Source of the DNA: Ylistrum balloti
Lineage: Eukaryota
Length of the DNA stretch: 64,000 nucleotides
Reading direction: 5' to 3'
Assembly: GCF_031769215.1 (NCBI RefSeq)
Contig: NW_026782196.1
Location: forward strand, 3,162,001 to 3,226,000
The translations under genes were made by a program, and so were the position numbers. Under the pieces are notes generated by a model that worked only from the letters and a program-made list of their open reading frames with translations, did no database searches and had not been told where the DNA came from. How positions within the stretch are numbered: the stretch's first letter is position 1; each line of letters begins with the position of its first letter. Below, one piece after another: positions 28,266 to 47,537 of this stretch.

Positions 28266-28851
28266 GTAAGTATATAATACTTTCAGGAAGTAGACGAGAG
28301 TCGTTTAACCTAATGTTATAAGATGTATAAGAAATATTTTCTGCTTAAATGGATATTAAAGAGAAGAAAATTTGATATGGATATGTCTCTCTGTTAATGC
28401 TTTAATGAAAGAGTGTGTTATTTACCTAATTGTAGTGGTCGTTATCAGTTACAAAACTACAGGTGAACGTTTTCTGTCCAAGAAGACATTATAATAAGGA
28501 GATTAATTAAGTTTCGGTTTTTAAAAATAATTAATCCATTAGAAATGTTAGAAGAGATGACTTTCTTCAGAAGTTTCAGAATATCATTAAATGATTCGAT
28601 TTCTTTAAATTCCAGGACCATCTAATACTTTTCTACTTTCTGTATTTCTATTTCAAAATTGCACTATGATATTAAATAATTACAAGGAAGGATATTTGAT
28701 GTCATATGTTTATACATGCTGACTTTTAGACTGATCTGATATCGTGGCATGTATAATTGTGTTATCTCGAGTGGATGTTTAATCGGACTGTGAATGTACA
28801 CTTGGTATTATCTGCTAATATCGAACTTAAATATCTATTCATTTGTTGATG

Positions 28852-30310
28852 CGTAATCGGTGTCCTGGTGAACTCTGAATGTCCAGCTGACGTTCTTTTG
28901 TTTTGTGGATGTGTAATCGGTGTCCTGTTTAACTGTGAATGTCCAGCTGGCGTTCTTTTGTTTTGTGGATGTATAATTGGTGTCCTGTTGAACTGTGAAT
29001 GTCCAGCTGGCGTTCTTTTGTTTTGTGGATGTATAATTGGTGTCCTGTTGGACTGTGAGTGTCCAGCTGGCGTTCTTTTGTTTTGTGGATGTATAATTGG
29101 TGTTCTGTTGAACTGTGAGTGTCCAGCTGGCTTTCTTTTGCTTTGTGGATGTATAATTGGTATCCTGTTGAACTGTGAATGTCCAGCTGACGTTCTTTTG
29201 CTTTGTGGATGTATAATTGGTGTCCTGTTGAACTGTGAGTGTCCAGCTGGCGTTCTTTTGTTTTGTGGATGTATAATTGGTGTCCTGCTGAACTTTGAGT
29301 GTCCAGCTGACATTCTTTTGCTTTGTGGATGTATAATCGGTGTCCTGTTGAACTGTGAATGTCCAGCTGACGTTCTTTTGCTTTGTGGATGTATAATCGG
29401 TGTCCTGTTGAACTGTGAATGTCCAGCTGACGTTCTTTTGCTTTGTGGATGTATAATCGGTGTCCTGTTGAACTGTGAATGTCCAGCTGACGTTCTTTTG
29501 TTTTGTGGATGTATAATCGGTGTCCTGTTGAACTGTGAATGTCCAGCTGACGTTCTTTTGTTTTGTGGATGTATAATTGGTGCCTTGTTGAACTGTGAGT
29601 GTCCAGCTGGCGTTCTTTTGTTTTGTGGATGTATAATTGGTGTCCTGCTGAACTGTGAGTGTCCAGCTGACATTCTTTTGCTTTGTGGATGTATAATCGG
29701 TGTCCTGTTGAACTGTGAATGTCCAGCTGACGTTCTTTGGCTTTGTGGATGTATAATCGGTGTCCTGTTGAACTGTGAATGTCCAGCTGACGTTCTTTTG
29801 TTTTGTGGATGTATAATCGGTGTCCTGTTGAACTGTGAATGTCCAGCTGACGTTCTTTTGTTTTGTGGATGTATAATCGGTGTCCTGTTGAACTGTGAAT
29901 GTCCAGCTGACGTTCTTTGGCTTTGTGGATGTATAATTGGTGTCCTGTTGAACAGTGAATGCCCAGCTGACGTTCTTTGGCTTTGTGGATGTATAATCGG
30001 TGTCCTGTTGAACAGTGAATGTCCAGCTGACGTTCTTTTGCTTTGTGGATGTATAATCGGTGTCCTGTTGAACTCTGAATGTCCAGCTGACGTTCTTTTG
30101 TTTTGTGGATGTATAATCGGTGTCCTGTTGAACTGTGAATGTCCAGCTGACGTTCTTTGGCTTTGTGGATGTATACTTGGTGTCCTGTTGAACAGTGAAT
30201 GTCCAGCTGACGTTCTTTTGCTTTGTGGATGTATAATCGGTGTCCTTTTGAACTCTGAATGTCCAGCTGGCGTTCTCTTGTTTTGTTGATGTATAATTGG
30301 TGTCCTGTCG
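28852..30310. repeat. Highly homogeneous 60-bp satellite, about 24 copies
   Basis: Successive 60-nt lines are nearly identical (TGTCCTGTTGAACTGTGAATGTCCAGCTGACGTTCTTTTG(T/C)TTTGTGGATGTATAAT(C/T)GG). Confidence 0.97.
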
Positions 30311-30689
30311 AACTCTTCATGTCGAGCTAAGATTGGTTTGTGGATATATAATCGATGTCTCGTTGGTTTGTGATGTAAAACTGGTCTCATGCTGTATAAC
30401 ATATATATTTCAATTTCAACTACTTTCATGAACTTTTCATATGTTGATAGGATCTGGCAACAAGTTATTCCGTTTTCAGTCCAAAATTAGTACATGAATA
30501 CAATTCATATCCTGCAAAACGATACATTAATTCATTGAAATATAATTAAAGAGGTAAGGGGAGGTAACGCCAATTTGTTATAGTACATAAAACGCTTACT
30601 TATTAAATTTATAAAGTTAAAGTATGCTTTGGACATTTTAAAGTATGCTTTGAACATTTTAATTTCATTTTACAAATATTAGAATTTAT

Positions 30690-31740
30690 TGATAAGTTGT
30701 CAGAAATGAATCCTTGGATACATATTGTAGTGCATGTCAAATTGATGTTATATTTTATTATTTTGGATGTCAAAATTGTGTCTCGTTTTATTGTGGACGT
30801 CAAACTTGTTTCATTTTGTATTGTGCCATGTTGTATTGTAGATGTCAAACTTGTGTCATGTTGTTTTGTGGATGTCTAACTTGAGACATGTTTATTAAGA
30901 ATATTAAACTTATGTCTCGTTTTATTGTGGACGTAAAACTTGAGTCATGTCGTAATATGAATATCAACCATATGTTATGTTGCATTGTAAATATAGAACA
31001 ACTTTTGGCAGGATGTATTGTGAATATCAAACTGGTGCCATGTTGTATTTTGGATGTACACCTTCTGTAGTTTGTTGTATTGTAAATGTCTTACTTAAGG
31101 CATGTTTATTATGAATGCTGTATTGTGTTGCCAAACTTGCGTTATTTTGTATTTGTTAATGTCAACCTTGTGTCATGTTGTATTGTGGATGTGAAACTTA
31201 TGACATGCTGTATTGTGAATGTAGAACTTCATTCGTGTTGTATTGTTGATGTCAAACTTGTGTCATGTTGTATTGTGGATGTCAAACCTTGTGTCATGCT
31301 GTATTGTGGATGTCAACTTTGTGTCATGTTGTATTGTGGATGTCAATCTTGTGTCATGTTGTATTGTGGATGTCAACATTGTGTCATGTTGTATTGTGGA
31401 TGTCAACATTGTGTCATGTTGTATTGTACATGTAGAACGTCTGTCGTGTTGTACTTCGGATGTTAAATTTGCTTCTCGTATTGTGAATGTCAACCTTGTG
31501 TCATGTTGTAATGTTGATGTCAAATTTATGTCATGCTGTATTGTGTATGTAGAACTTCTGTGTTGTTTTATTGTGGATGTCAAACTTACGTCATGTTGTA
31601 TTGTGAATACAAATCTGGTTGTAAGTTGGATGAAGATATCAAACTTGCTCCATATTGTATGTTGATGCCAATCTTGTGCTCTCATGTACTATAGCTGTTG
31701 ACCTTGAGTCATGTTGCACTGTTCGTAGTTAACTTGTATC
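30690..31740. repeat. Degenerate 30-bp satellite (TGTGTCATGTTGTATTGTGGATGTCAAACT)
   Basis: 30-bp periodicity, cleanest at 31240-31430. Confidence 0.88.
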
Positions 31741-33713
31741 ATGTTGAGTTCCGTTAATGCTTTGTTACCTTTGCTATCGGCTTGGTGTTAAATATAACTT
31801 TGTCTTCGTGGCATTGGTACATACAATGATTAATGAAGAAATCTTATATATTATGTGTGCTGTTTTCATTGAAATTGATCTATTGAATAGATGTTTTCCT
31901 AACATTGTCTTCATTTCAATTAAAATAAAAACGTAATGATTTGAATACTGAATATTACTAGATTACAAAGATTCATTTAATAAGTTTTCTTATATAATTC
32001 TAATTGGTTGTTAAATAGCACTAATATGAATTATATTTGCCTTTTCAAATTCATGTATTTATGTCAATTATTAAGATAATTGTACTTCCATATTTCTTTA
32101 CTTTATCTTTTTAATTGTTCTTTTACAGATTGGTGCATTAATGGAAGGAGAAAACAATTGAAATTCGTCATGCATTGTGTTACATTTCAATAAATACGGT
32201 CATTCTTTGATAATGATTACGTTAAATGTAAAGGAATTTGAATTCATAGATGGTGATTTTCGATTAACTTTTATTTATCTCTATTGTATACTGTGCCTTC
32301 AATGTATGTTTATCTAAAATATGTAATAAGCTTCATTTTACTTATCTTAGCAGATTTTTGCTCTCTGTTACTTTGTCTGTTCAGAAATATGGTTATTGGA
32401 GAAATTCCTGCCACATCAACAGAATGGAGTGGAATTGCCGATCCGCAGAGTCGAACAGTAAAGTAAATATTCATAGATATTGGCATTTATCTGTGTTAAT
32501 GGTTATCGGTAAAACACGAAGTATAAGGGTCATTTTGTTCCCTACATATGATACCAGTTATAGCCTGTCCTAAGAGGTGTCCACTTCCGTCGATAAGTGA
32601 TTCATGATGAATGTTAAAAACATTGACAAATCTATTCGAGGTTATCACAAAACCACCCTATTGTCAGCATAACAACACCACTAACATTACCATTGATTAT
32701 CATACAGGTGTAACATGGCCTAGAGCAACTAAGATTGGCAAGAGGTTGATATTGTTATCACAGTATCATTGCCAAAGCTTTGTGGCACCATATATTTGCG
32801 ACACATCAAAGAAAGAGATGTGGAGTGAGAATATCGCCACTTTAGATTCCTTGTATTAGTCTAAATAAAAGTTATATTTACAAATAGTTACAAAAGTATC
32901 TATTGTATATGATAAACTATACTTATATTCGTTTCCATTTAATATGGAACTGTAGGCGATCGCACTTAAAGGCAATCTAACCTGAATTACTGTTTTATGT
33001 CAGTTCGTGAATATAAAAGCTCTATATTTTGCCGAAAACTGGGTCAAACTTGCAATTTCAACAAGTTGACATCCTAAATAACCTGATCGAATGGTTGATG
33101 ATTTGAATTTTTATTAAGATTGGCTAGAGGCGAGAAAAGTATTGTGTTCGAGAGTCAGGAACACCGATATCAATGTCCAGGCCGATGTCTTGGAATAATA
33201 ATATGTTGACACAGCTCATCTCCTTTACACTGGTATGTAAAATGAGATTTATCCAGGATGAACTATCGATATAGCATGAGGAAAAATCTACATTAATATC
33301 AATTCTGAATATATTGTTTGCGAGTAACAGTGTTCAATATGACGTTTCCAAATATCAGTTGAAACTACTTTTGCTATAACGCGCCTGTGGTGCATTATAA
33401 ATCGCGGCTAGGTTAAATTCACTGTACCACAAAAGGATTGAAATGCACACTATACAGAATAAAATCTAAAGCTACATTCATGTTAGGAAACTACGTATAA
33501 ATTGACATATAAGATACATGGTTTATCATACGTTTTGGTATGTTCGTGACAATGCTTTGCTAGTTATTCACTTGCTATTTCGTATAAGTACACAAGTGTA
33601 CACCATGTACCTACTGGCGTTAAAACAAGAAAATAACGAATCAGCTTATCACCTGGTATCGAATCAAGACATTACGCGTCAGTGGACATGTCATTGCTAT
33701 ATTCTGAAGATTG

Positions 33714-36700
33714 CTACAGTTTCTTTTCTGTTGCCGACGAGGATTTGACACAGACAAACGCGTGAAAGAACATACTTTTGATAAGCATACCCTGCTTCTC
33801 ACGACCAACCCTAAACTGTTGAGTAAATACTATTTTCCTTCTCTTCCCCAGCTGATACCTAGAGCGGAACTGTGAGCATGACAGCAGCTGCTAGGAACGC
33901 AGTAGAACGAGCTGAAGGTGAGAGCGTTGGCGGCGTGAAGGTTCCCTATGTTATTTTGAGGGTTGTTGCTGACGTCTGGGTCAATGATAATCATAATACC
34001 GTCATCCTTCAGCACTTTTTTAATTTCTGTCATGGTTTCTTGGGGATGTGGAAGATCATGAAGGACATCGAACATCAGGATGACGTCCATTTTTTGTATC
34101 CAATCCCTCTGGTAGGCTCCACTATCTACATGAGTAAATGACACGTTCTTGACCTTTGTAGATTTTGATGCAGTGACGATAGCCTTTTCCGATGTGTCAC
34201 ACCCGACACCATTGATACCTTGCATTTGCTCTGCCTGGGGAATAGTGATATCTCCTGAACCACATCCAACATCCAGCACATTTTTCAGGTTACCTGAATC
34301 AAGATGAAGAAAACATATGCAACAAATGTGCACATACAACAAACAAAAAATAAACCTTTGTAGCAAATACTTTACTTTGTACATTGTATTTAATAGTTTT
34401 GTATTTTGACACAGAAACACGTAATTACGTTGAAAGACATTTTTTAGTCGTACCTTACAACTAATTTACTAATACACCACGCGGACATCCCTAGGGAAAA
34501 TATTAAGTATATGCAGTGATGAAAAAACTCGGTAAACCGGACACGGTTTGATCTACATGTAACCGTGGGTGGATAGACTACCAAAACCCCTTCTTTGGTT
34601 GGAAAATGATTTAATTGTCTGAAGAAGACCTAAAATTAAAAATACAATTATAAATACACATTCACTCACACACCTTGCACACTGCGGTAAATTATGAGGA
34701 ATGTTTTATAGTTTGAAGATTACAATATATTAATGTGACTTATATTAATTAAGCTTACCAGGGACGCCGGCTTTGGTGCTCTGTCAGATTTGACAGGTTA
34801 GCCTACGTGTTGACTGTCTGAGTGATGCTGTGCGAGTGTGGTGGCTCTTGGTGGGAGTTGGCGGTGACTGGACAGAGGACGTGAACTCGACGTGCACATA
34901 CATACATTCTTTCATACTTGCTTTACGCGATGATTTAAAATGATGTATTCTATCACCTGGCTACATACATTACAAATATCTTTATTTTTTTTATAACGTT
35001 TACTGTTTTGGAAACAATATTCATAAGTAACTAGTACATCATTAAACCTGTTGATGTATCAACGATTGATCAAATTCACAAAATAGGATCATTTCTGTTA
35101 CATGAAATACCTTGTATACATTTACGATCGTAAGTGAATTTACTGAATACTAATGTAGTTCCCGAATAAGATAATGAATTTTCCTCCATTATTTTGATAA
35201 GAATTTTTTTTCTCTATGTTTATATGATAGAACATAACTGACTCTTTATCTATTTATAATAAAGTAGTATATTAATTCCAGATGTCTTGTTAACAAACTC
35301 TCGAGTTTCCACAAAATAGTTTTACAACATTTCTATTTTCTTTATTACACCTTTATTGCGGCGACACATATTTGTTCATTACTCCCTCCCTCTGGTTGAT
35401 TATTTATTTTATATATCACTAAAATCAGTTCCAAATGTTGTTTAGTTTTTTCTTATGCTTTACTTCTTTCTTTTCAACATATGTAATAAAACATTGTTTA
35501 TGCTGCAGATATGTATATCCATCATAATTAACACTGTTGTTTCTTTGTCTTTCATGTTTTTCGTCGTTTTGACAAGAAACATTTTACAATTCTCTGTTAT
35601 AGAATTTTTCCCCGTAAAGAAAGCCTAATTCATAACCTAAGTCACGATTCGATCTTTTATTTGAGGGTTTTAATTACCTTTACCTTCCCGGATGGCAAGC
35701 TGCTTCTCGGTTAAGTTTAAACAGTTACTTACCTACCGTGTAATTGAGGTTAATGTTGGACACGAGTTCTGTAACCAAACTTGCTCTATATGGAGATCGA
35801 ACTTCATTTAGCAAATCCAGCACGAACGGTGCCTCATCAAGTGTGTAACCTGAAATTACAGGAATGAAGATTCATATATATGCCTCGTTAGGTGCGCAGG
35901 ATTTTTCTAGTACAGACGTCAGCTCAACACGTCAATCCCGTGCGATCTCGAGTTTTTTAACTTTCGTTTACATGAAAGGATCAAACTAGTTTTCTCGTCT
36001 GATCCACATGGAGTCATGAATTCTTCAATATAATCCTGGAACGTTCCAGGGGTACAACGAAAGTGAGCGTAACCCATAGGGTATCGTAGATGAATTGTTT
36101 CACTCTTTAACATTTATTCTGAATTGTTAGTTTTTTGCCGGAACTTTGTAAATAAGCAAGATGTTGATAGATACACATTTGAGTGTACTTCATTATCTAA
36201 AGTTTTTGTGCAAACGGACATAGAGTCTAGATTATCTTGGTCCAATGAGATCTTTCCTACTGAACAGAAAATACAAAATAAATGTTCAATGCGAACACTA
36301 CAATACATTCCCAACAATGTAAACTTTGATTATGCATGTCACCTAAATAGCCGCAGAATTTTTTTTTTTTTTTTTTTAAAAAGCACTTGCTTACATCCAA
36401 ATAATGTGGGATTAGGCAAATATATACATTATATTATCAATTGATTTTTTCAGTTAACATGAATAATACAAACCTGGTTTTCCATCCAACGGAAAACAGC
36501 TATCAAGGATGGGTAAGGTCTTAAAAAGATGGGGATTCCAAGCAGCTTTTTCTGTCTCAGCTAACAATATGTCAACACAATCTGGTGGTATGGCTAACTG
36601 CTCCTTTGCATCCATGGTGATCACGCCGGACGCCATCATGGCCTGGCTGAGCTCCCATATATACCTAAAACAAAATGTTTAATTCATTCAGAGAAGAGGA

Positions 36701-37549
36701 CAACAAACTAATGTCAAAGTCTCGGTAAATACGCTTCACTATATATTACATGGACATTAAAAATAGAACTGGGTAATAACATCTATTTGTTGTATGTATA
36801 AGAGTAATAGCTAGCCGACTGACTATGTTTATCTAGCTACACTGACATGACTTACAATGGTCAGTCCTACCATGATAGATTAAGACTGCACATATGTTAT
36901 CAGAAGAAAATAATTAGTTGATGTCAACAAACCTAATGGAGAATACATTTGTCCACTATTTATCAATTAAATACCTTCCTTTATCCGCTTTGCAAATTAC
37001 AAGTAATTTATCCTGTATCAAACGCAGGGCATTACGACACTCGAAATAGATTGCCCATTTGGTGAGTTTTATTTTTTCTGAGTTGCAACACCAGCAGATA
37101 CAGGTACAGACGCCAAATGTAATCACAGTGTACAATTTTAAAGAAAGATTATGAAGTAGTACTTTCAGGATCTATCTAGAAAGTTGTGAGAGAGACAGGG
37201 ACTCCACAATACACAGAAATACAATGATATCATGCTCTTTTAATAACTGGGCTTCACAACACAATGATACACAATGACAATCCTATGTTCACTGAGAGAG
37301 GTAACGATAGAAGTTGCTATCTTCTCTACAATCCTATGTGCACTAAGGGAGGTAATCATTTGCGCTTCCTTTAATTATTAACCCTTACCTCTCTTTCATG
37401 TTTAGTTCAGAAGCAAGTGTGCGCACGGTCATGGGTTTCTCCCTCAACGCCTGGAATAAATTTACCCTGCTGGCCAATTTCATGCCAGAACGCACTATTG
37501 GGTCTCTAACAACTTTACCAACCAGGGCCGTGTACAACTTTCGATTCAT
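33714..37549 (-). pseudogene. Disrupted second copy of the Rv2258c-like methyltransferase
   Basis: Exons 37549-37389, 36664-36474, 35849-35733 and 34293-33714. GAG>TAG nonsense at 33830-33832, a 1-bp deletion near 33786, a 3-bp deletion (SKSSTK>SKSTK) and many replacements. Confidence 0.88.
34558..34965. mobile_element. Solo LTR, 408 bp, Gypsy-type termini
   Basis: Starts TGTAACC and ends GGCTACA (6/7 inverted match); 4-bp TSD TACA at 34554-34557 and 34966-34969; absent from the left arm. Confidence 0.8.
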
Positions 37550-39009
37550 ATCTAAAGATCTGAAAAGAATACGTTAGTTAGTTAAGTCAAATAATTTTAA
37601 TTCGCCAATGCTTTTCTAATCTTCAAATCAAAACAATGAGGCATGAAAGAAACATCAACAACTGGATATATAAAACCTAAAAATAGATAGGATAAACATA
37701 CAACTATTACTTACTGGTAGATAGCTTATAATGAAGTAATATCGAACCAATATGTTAAATTGTACAAAATATAAACAAGCACCCTTTAATACAAGTTTAG
37801 AGATAAATACGATAACACTAAATTGCATCATCAAAAAGATATATAGACTCAGACAGTGGTCATCGAGCGAAACGAGAATTTTTTAGGATTGTGAAATCAT
37901 CATGTAGAGCCATGTTGAATGATATTACGGTTGGGTTTAATGCTCGAATACCTGCAGCAGAGTTCAGACGAACTTAACATTGAAATAACATTTTCATGAA
38001 AAACATTGGTCATAGACGGTCAGATAAAAATAGAATTGCATGGTGCATGGGTAAACCTCACTAGACTATAGATAAACAACACACCAACACGTGACGACAT
38101 GAATATTTTGCCAATATAAGAAATAAATTTCACGCCGTAATTTTACCTAATTGTTTATTTTATTATAGTTTTATCTTTATGGTCATTTAACTGTAGTATT
38201 GCCTTAACAGTTCGTACATACTATGTAAAACTGTTATTCAGATTGTGAAATAAAGGCACAAAGCAGCATGACTTTTTGTTTTAAATTATGATTCAAAGAT
38301 TGTCCGATCGGATGGAATAGAAGAAACAAGTGTTACTCTGTCAGATACTTACAAGATATAGCTTCTGTGAAGGTATGTCATAATTTGTCGGGCAAAAAAA
38401 CTATTTTGCATTTTTTTTTTTTTTCAATTTCATGATCAGCAGCAACTGTTTATGAACACTGCTTATATCGCCAAGTAATAAAGTTTGGAATTGCCGTAAT
38501 ATTACATTTTTTCGTGTTCATAAGAAGAAAATTTTAATTTTACGGGGGGATTTAAAGAACTGAGAAAATAATCTAATGTCGCTAGAATTTCTCTTTCATT
38601 AAAAAGCTATTGAATGGTGTAACCTGTTGCCTCCCTGCATGCTTTAATTCTACGGGTTTTGTATCGAAAGAAATTCAAAATAATAATAATGATGATAAAA
38701 TAAGAAATTTTACATACCTGTATGACAAGGAAGTCTTCAGCGGTATGTCAAGAAGGACTCAGAGTGCCGTCTACAGAGCTTAAGATTCACACGATATTGT
38801 GGAGAGCGCCGTTATCGATTTATATACTATTAATTCAAGGACAAAGCGGAAACCAGTTTGACCGTGCAATGGCCTTTCAGTATGATTTTCCATGAAAGTG
38901 GACATTGCAAATAAGTACGAACTTCCCGAATTCTCTATGACTGATAAGATGAATACTGATGTATAACGTTATTATTTACCCCTATTTACCATGGATAGAG
39001 ATCACTGTA

Positions 39010-39590
39010 GATGTACATGGGTAATGGATGTCACTGTGTACGTACATTGGTAATGGATGTCACTGTGTACGTACATGGGTAATGGATGTCACTGTGTACC
39101 TACATGGGTAATGGATGTGATTGTGTTCGTACATGGGTAATGGATGTCACTGTGTACCTACATTGGTAATGGAGTCACTGTGTACGTACATGGATAATGG
39201 ATGCCATTTTTACGTACATGGGTAATGAATGTCACTGTGTACGTACATGGGTAATGGATGTCACTGTGTACCTACATTGGTTATGGATGTCACTGTAGAC
39301 GTACATGGGTAATGAATGTCACTGTGTACGTACATGGGCAATGGATGTCACTGAGTACGCACATGGGTAATGGATGTCACTGTGTACGTAAATAGGTAAT
39401 GGATGTCAATGTGTACGTACATTGGTAACGGATGTCACTGTACGTACATTGGTAACGGATGTCATTGTACGTACATGGGTAATGAATGTCATTGTGTACG
39501 TACATGGGTAATGGATGTCACTTTGTACGTACATTGGTTATGGATGTCACTGTAGACGTACATGGGTAATGAATGTCATTGTGTACGTAC
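39010..39590. repeat. 29-bp minisatellite, about 20 copies (reverse complement of 6991-7312)
   Basis: GTACATGGGTAATGGATGTCACTGTGTAC periodicity. Confidence 0.95.
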
Positions 39591-39733
39591 ATACGTATAT
39601 ATGTAAGTGTAGAACAGGGTACCAAAATATGTGGTGACAATATGAAAACATTTATGGTGTCTGTATCAACAAAAAACAGGTGTAACATTCCTGGGGGAAA
39701 TTAAGTGTTAGGATAAATACCTGAAAACCTTAT

Positions 39734-40000
39734 TTGATTTTTGAGGACATACAACATTCTGAAGAATTGTGCATGTTTTATACTAGACTTCCAAATGCAT
39801 CTACATTTTACGTGTTATTCAATAAATTGAGTGACGCTGAAGGCGATACAAAGAGATCAGAAACCATTGATAACCAAGGACATCCCGTTTACTACGACTC
39901 ACTAATGAGCTATTTTAGTGTTGATACAATTGCGCCTAGGACTACTGCAGGACTTGGCACAAAGATTTCACATATCGAAACTCTCCACGCTTACTCCTCG
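39734..40000 (+). mobile_element. Decayed ISL2EU/PIF-Harbinger-like transposase remnant (HTH_Tnp_4-type region)
   Basis: FEDIQHSEELCMFYTRLPNASTFYVLF, then across frameshifts SRLLRLTNELF-LVLIQLRLGLLQDLAQRFHIS, matching the family pattern FLVLxRLRLGLxxxDLAxRFxIS. Confidence 0.7.
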
Positions 40001-40189
40001 GATAGACAAAAAACACTATGCCAAGGAAGTTTCAGACGAGGTAACCAGATTATAAGTTAATCCTTTATTGTCCAGAGATTTATACAGAAACATCACAGTC
40101 CTAAGCCAACAAATCTTTAATGTACTCAAAATACAAGTCAAATATGACATACAATGGTGAAACTCTCCAGTCAGTCTGAAGTTGTCGTG

Positions 40190-41185
40190 CTGCTTCTAAA
40201 CACAGTATAAATGAAATTCACCAATCAGTCTGAATATAGACACAGTATTAATGAGAAGCACCAGTCAGTCTCATGGTCACGTGATGCCTGTAGACACAGT
40301 ATCGATGAAACACATCTAAAGTCAGTATTGATGAAACCCACCAATTAGTCTGGATGTAGACAAAGTATTGATGAGAGGCACCAGAAAGTCTAGAAAGTCA
40401 CGTGATGCTTGTAGACTCAATCAGATAGATGTGATGTTAATAAATACGGTATTGATGAGAGACACTAGTCACTTTGAGGATCACGTGATGCTTGTAGACT
40501 CATCGGAGAATCACGTGATGCTTGTAGACTCATTATTGATGAAACTCTAGTCTGGCGGGGGATCACGTGATGCTGGCAGACTCAATTTCGATGAGACTCA
40601 CCAGTCCGACTGCGGATCACATGATGCTTGAAGACACAGTATTGATGGAAATCACCAGACAGTCTGAGGGTCACGTGATGCTTGTAGACTCAATCAGATA
40701 GATGTGATATTAAAAGACACGGTATTGATGAGACGCACCAGTCACTTTGAGGATCACGTGATACTTGTAGACTCATCGGAAGATCATGTGATGCATGTAG
40801 ACTCATTATTGATGAAACTCAAGTCTGGCAAAGGATCACGTGATGCTTGTAGATTCAGTTTTGATGAGACTCACCAGTCAGACTGCGGGTCACGTGATAC
40901 TGGTAGACACAGTATTTGTGAGACTCACCAGTCAGACTGCGGATCACGTGATGCTTGTAGGCTCATCAGAGGGTCACGTGATGTATGTAGACTCAGTTTT
41001 GATGAGACAAGTCAGACTGCGGGTCACGTGATACTTGTAGACACAGTATTTGTGAGACTCACCATTCAGACTGCGGGTCACGTGATACTTGTAGACTCAG
41101 TTTTGATGACACTCACCAGTCAGACTGCGGGTCACGTGATACTTGTAGACACAGTAGTTATGAGACTCAGTACTCAAACTGAGAG

Positions 41186-41215
<30 letters not shown>
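40190..41215. repeat. Degenerate 54-bp tandem array rich in CACGTG, occupying the predicted JMJD7 3' UTR
   Basis: CACGTG at 41025, 41079 and 41133 (54-bp period); roughly 14 CACGTG in total; a larger internal duplication at about 40390-40560 vs 40670-40850. Confidence 0.85.

Positions 41216-47537
<6,322 letters not shown>

Larger units (their letters stand above)
32119..39590 (-). other. Right arm of the inverted segmental duplication
   Basis: Reverse complement of the left arm. Right-only segments: solo LTR 34558-34965 and about 65 bp near 38545-38610. Confidence 0.93.

Noticed and set aside
28762-30429. Long ORFs of 555, 473 and 463 aa, plus a fourth open frame (DYTSTKQKNVSWTFTVQQDT repeats), in the 60-bp array
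   Set aside because: A stop-free 60-bp unit keeps frames open automatically. The common variants are silent in different frames with no consistent third-position bias, and no convincing start or splice context exists.
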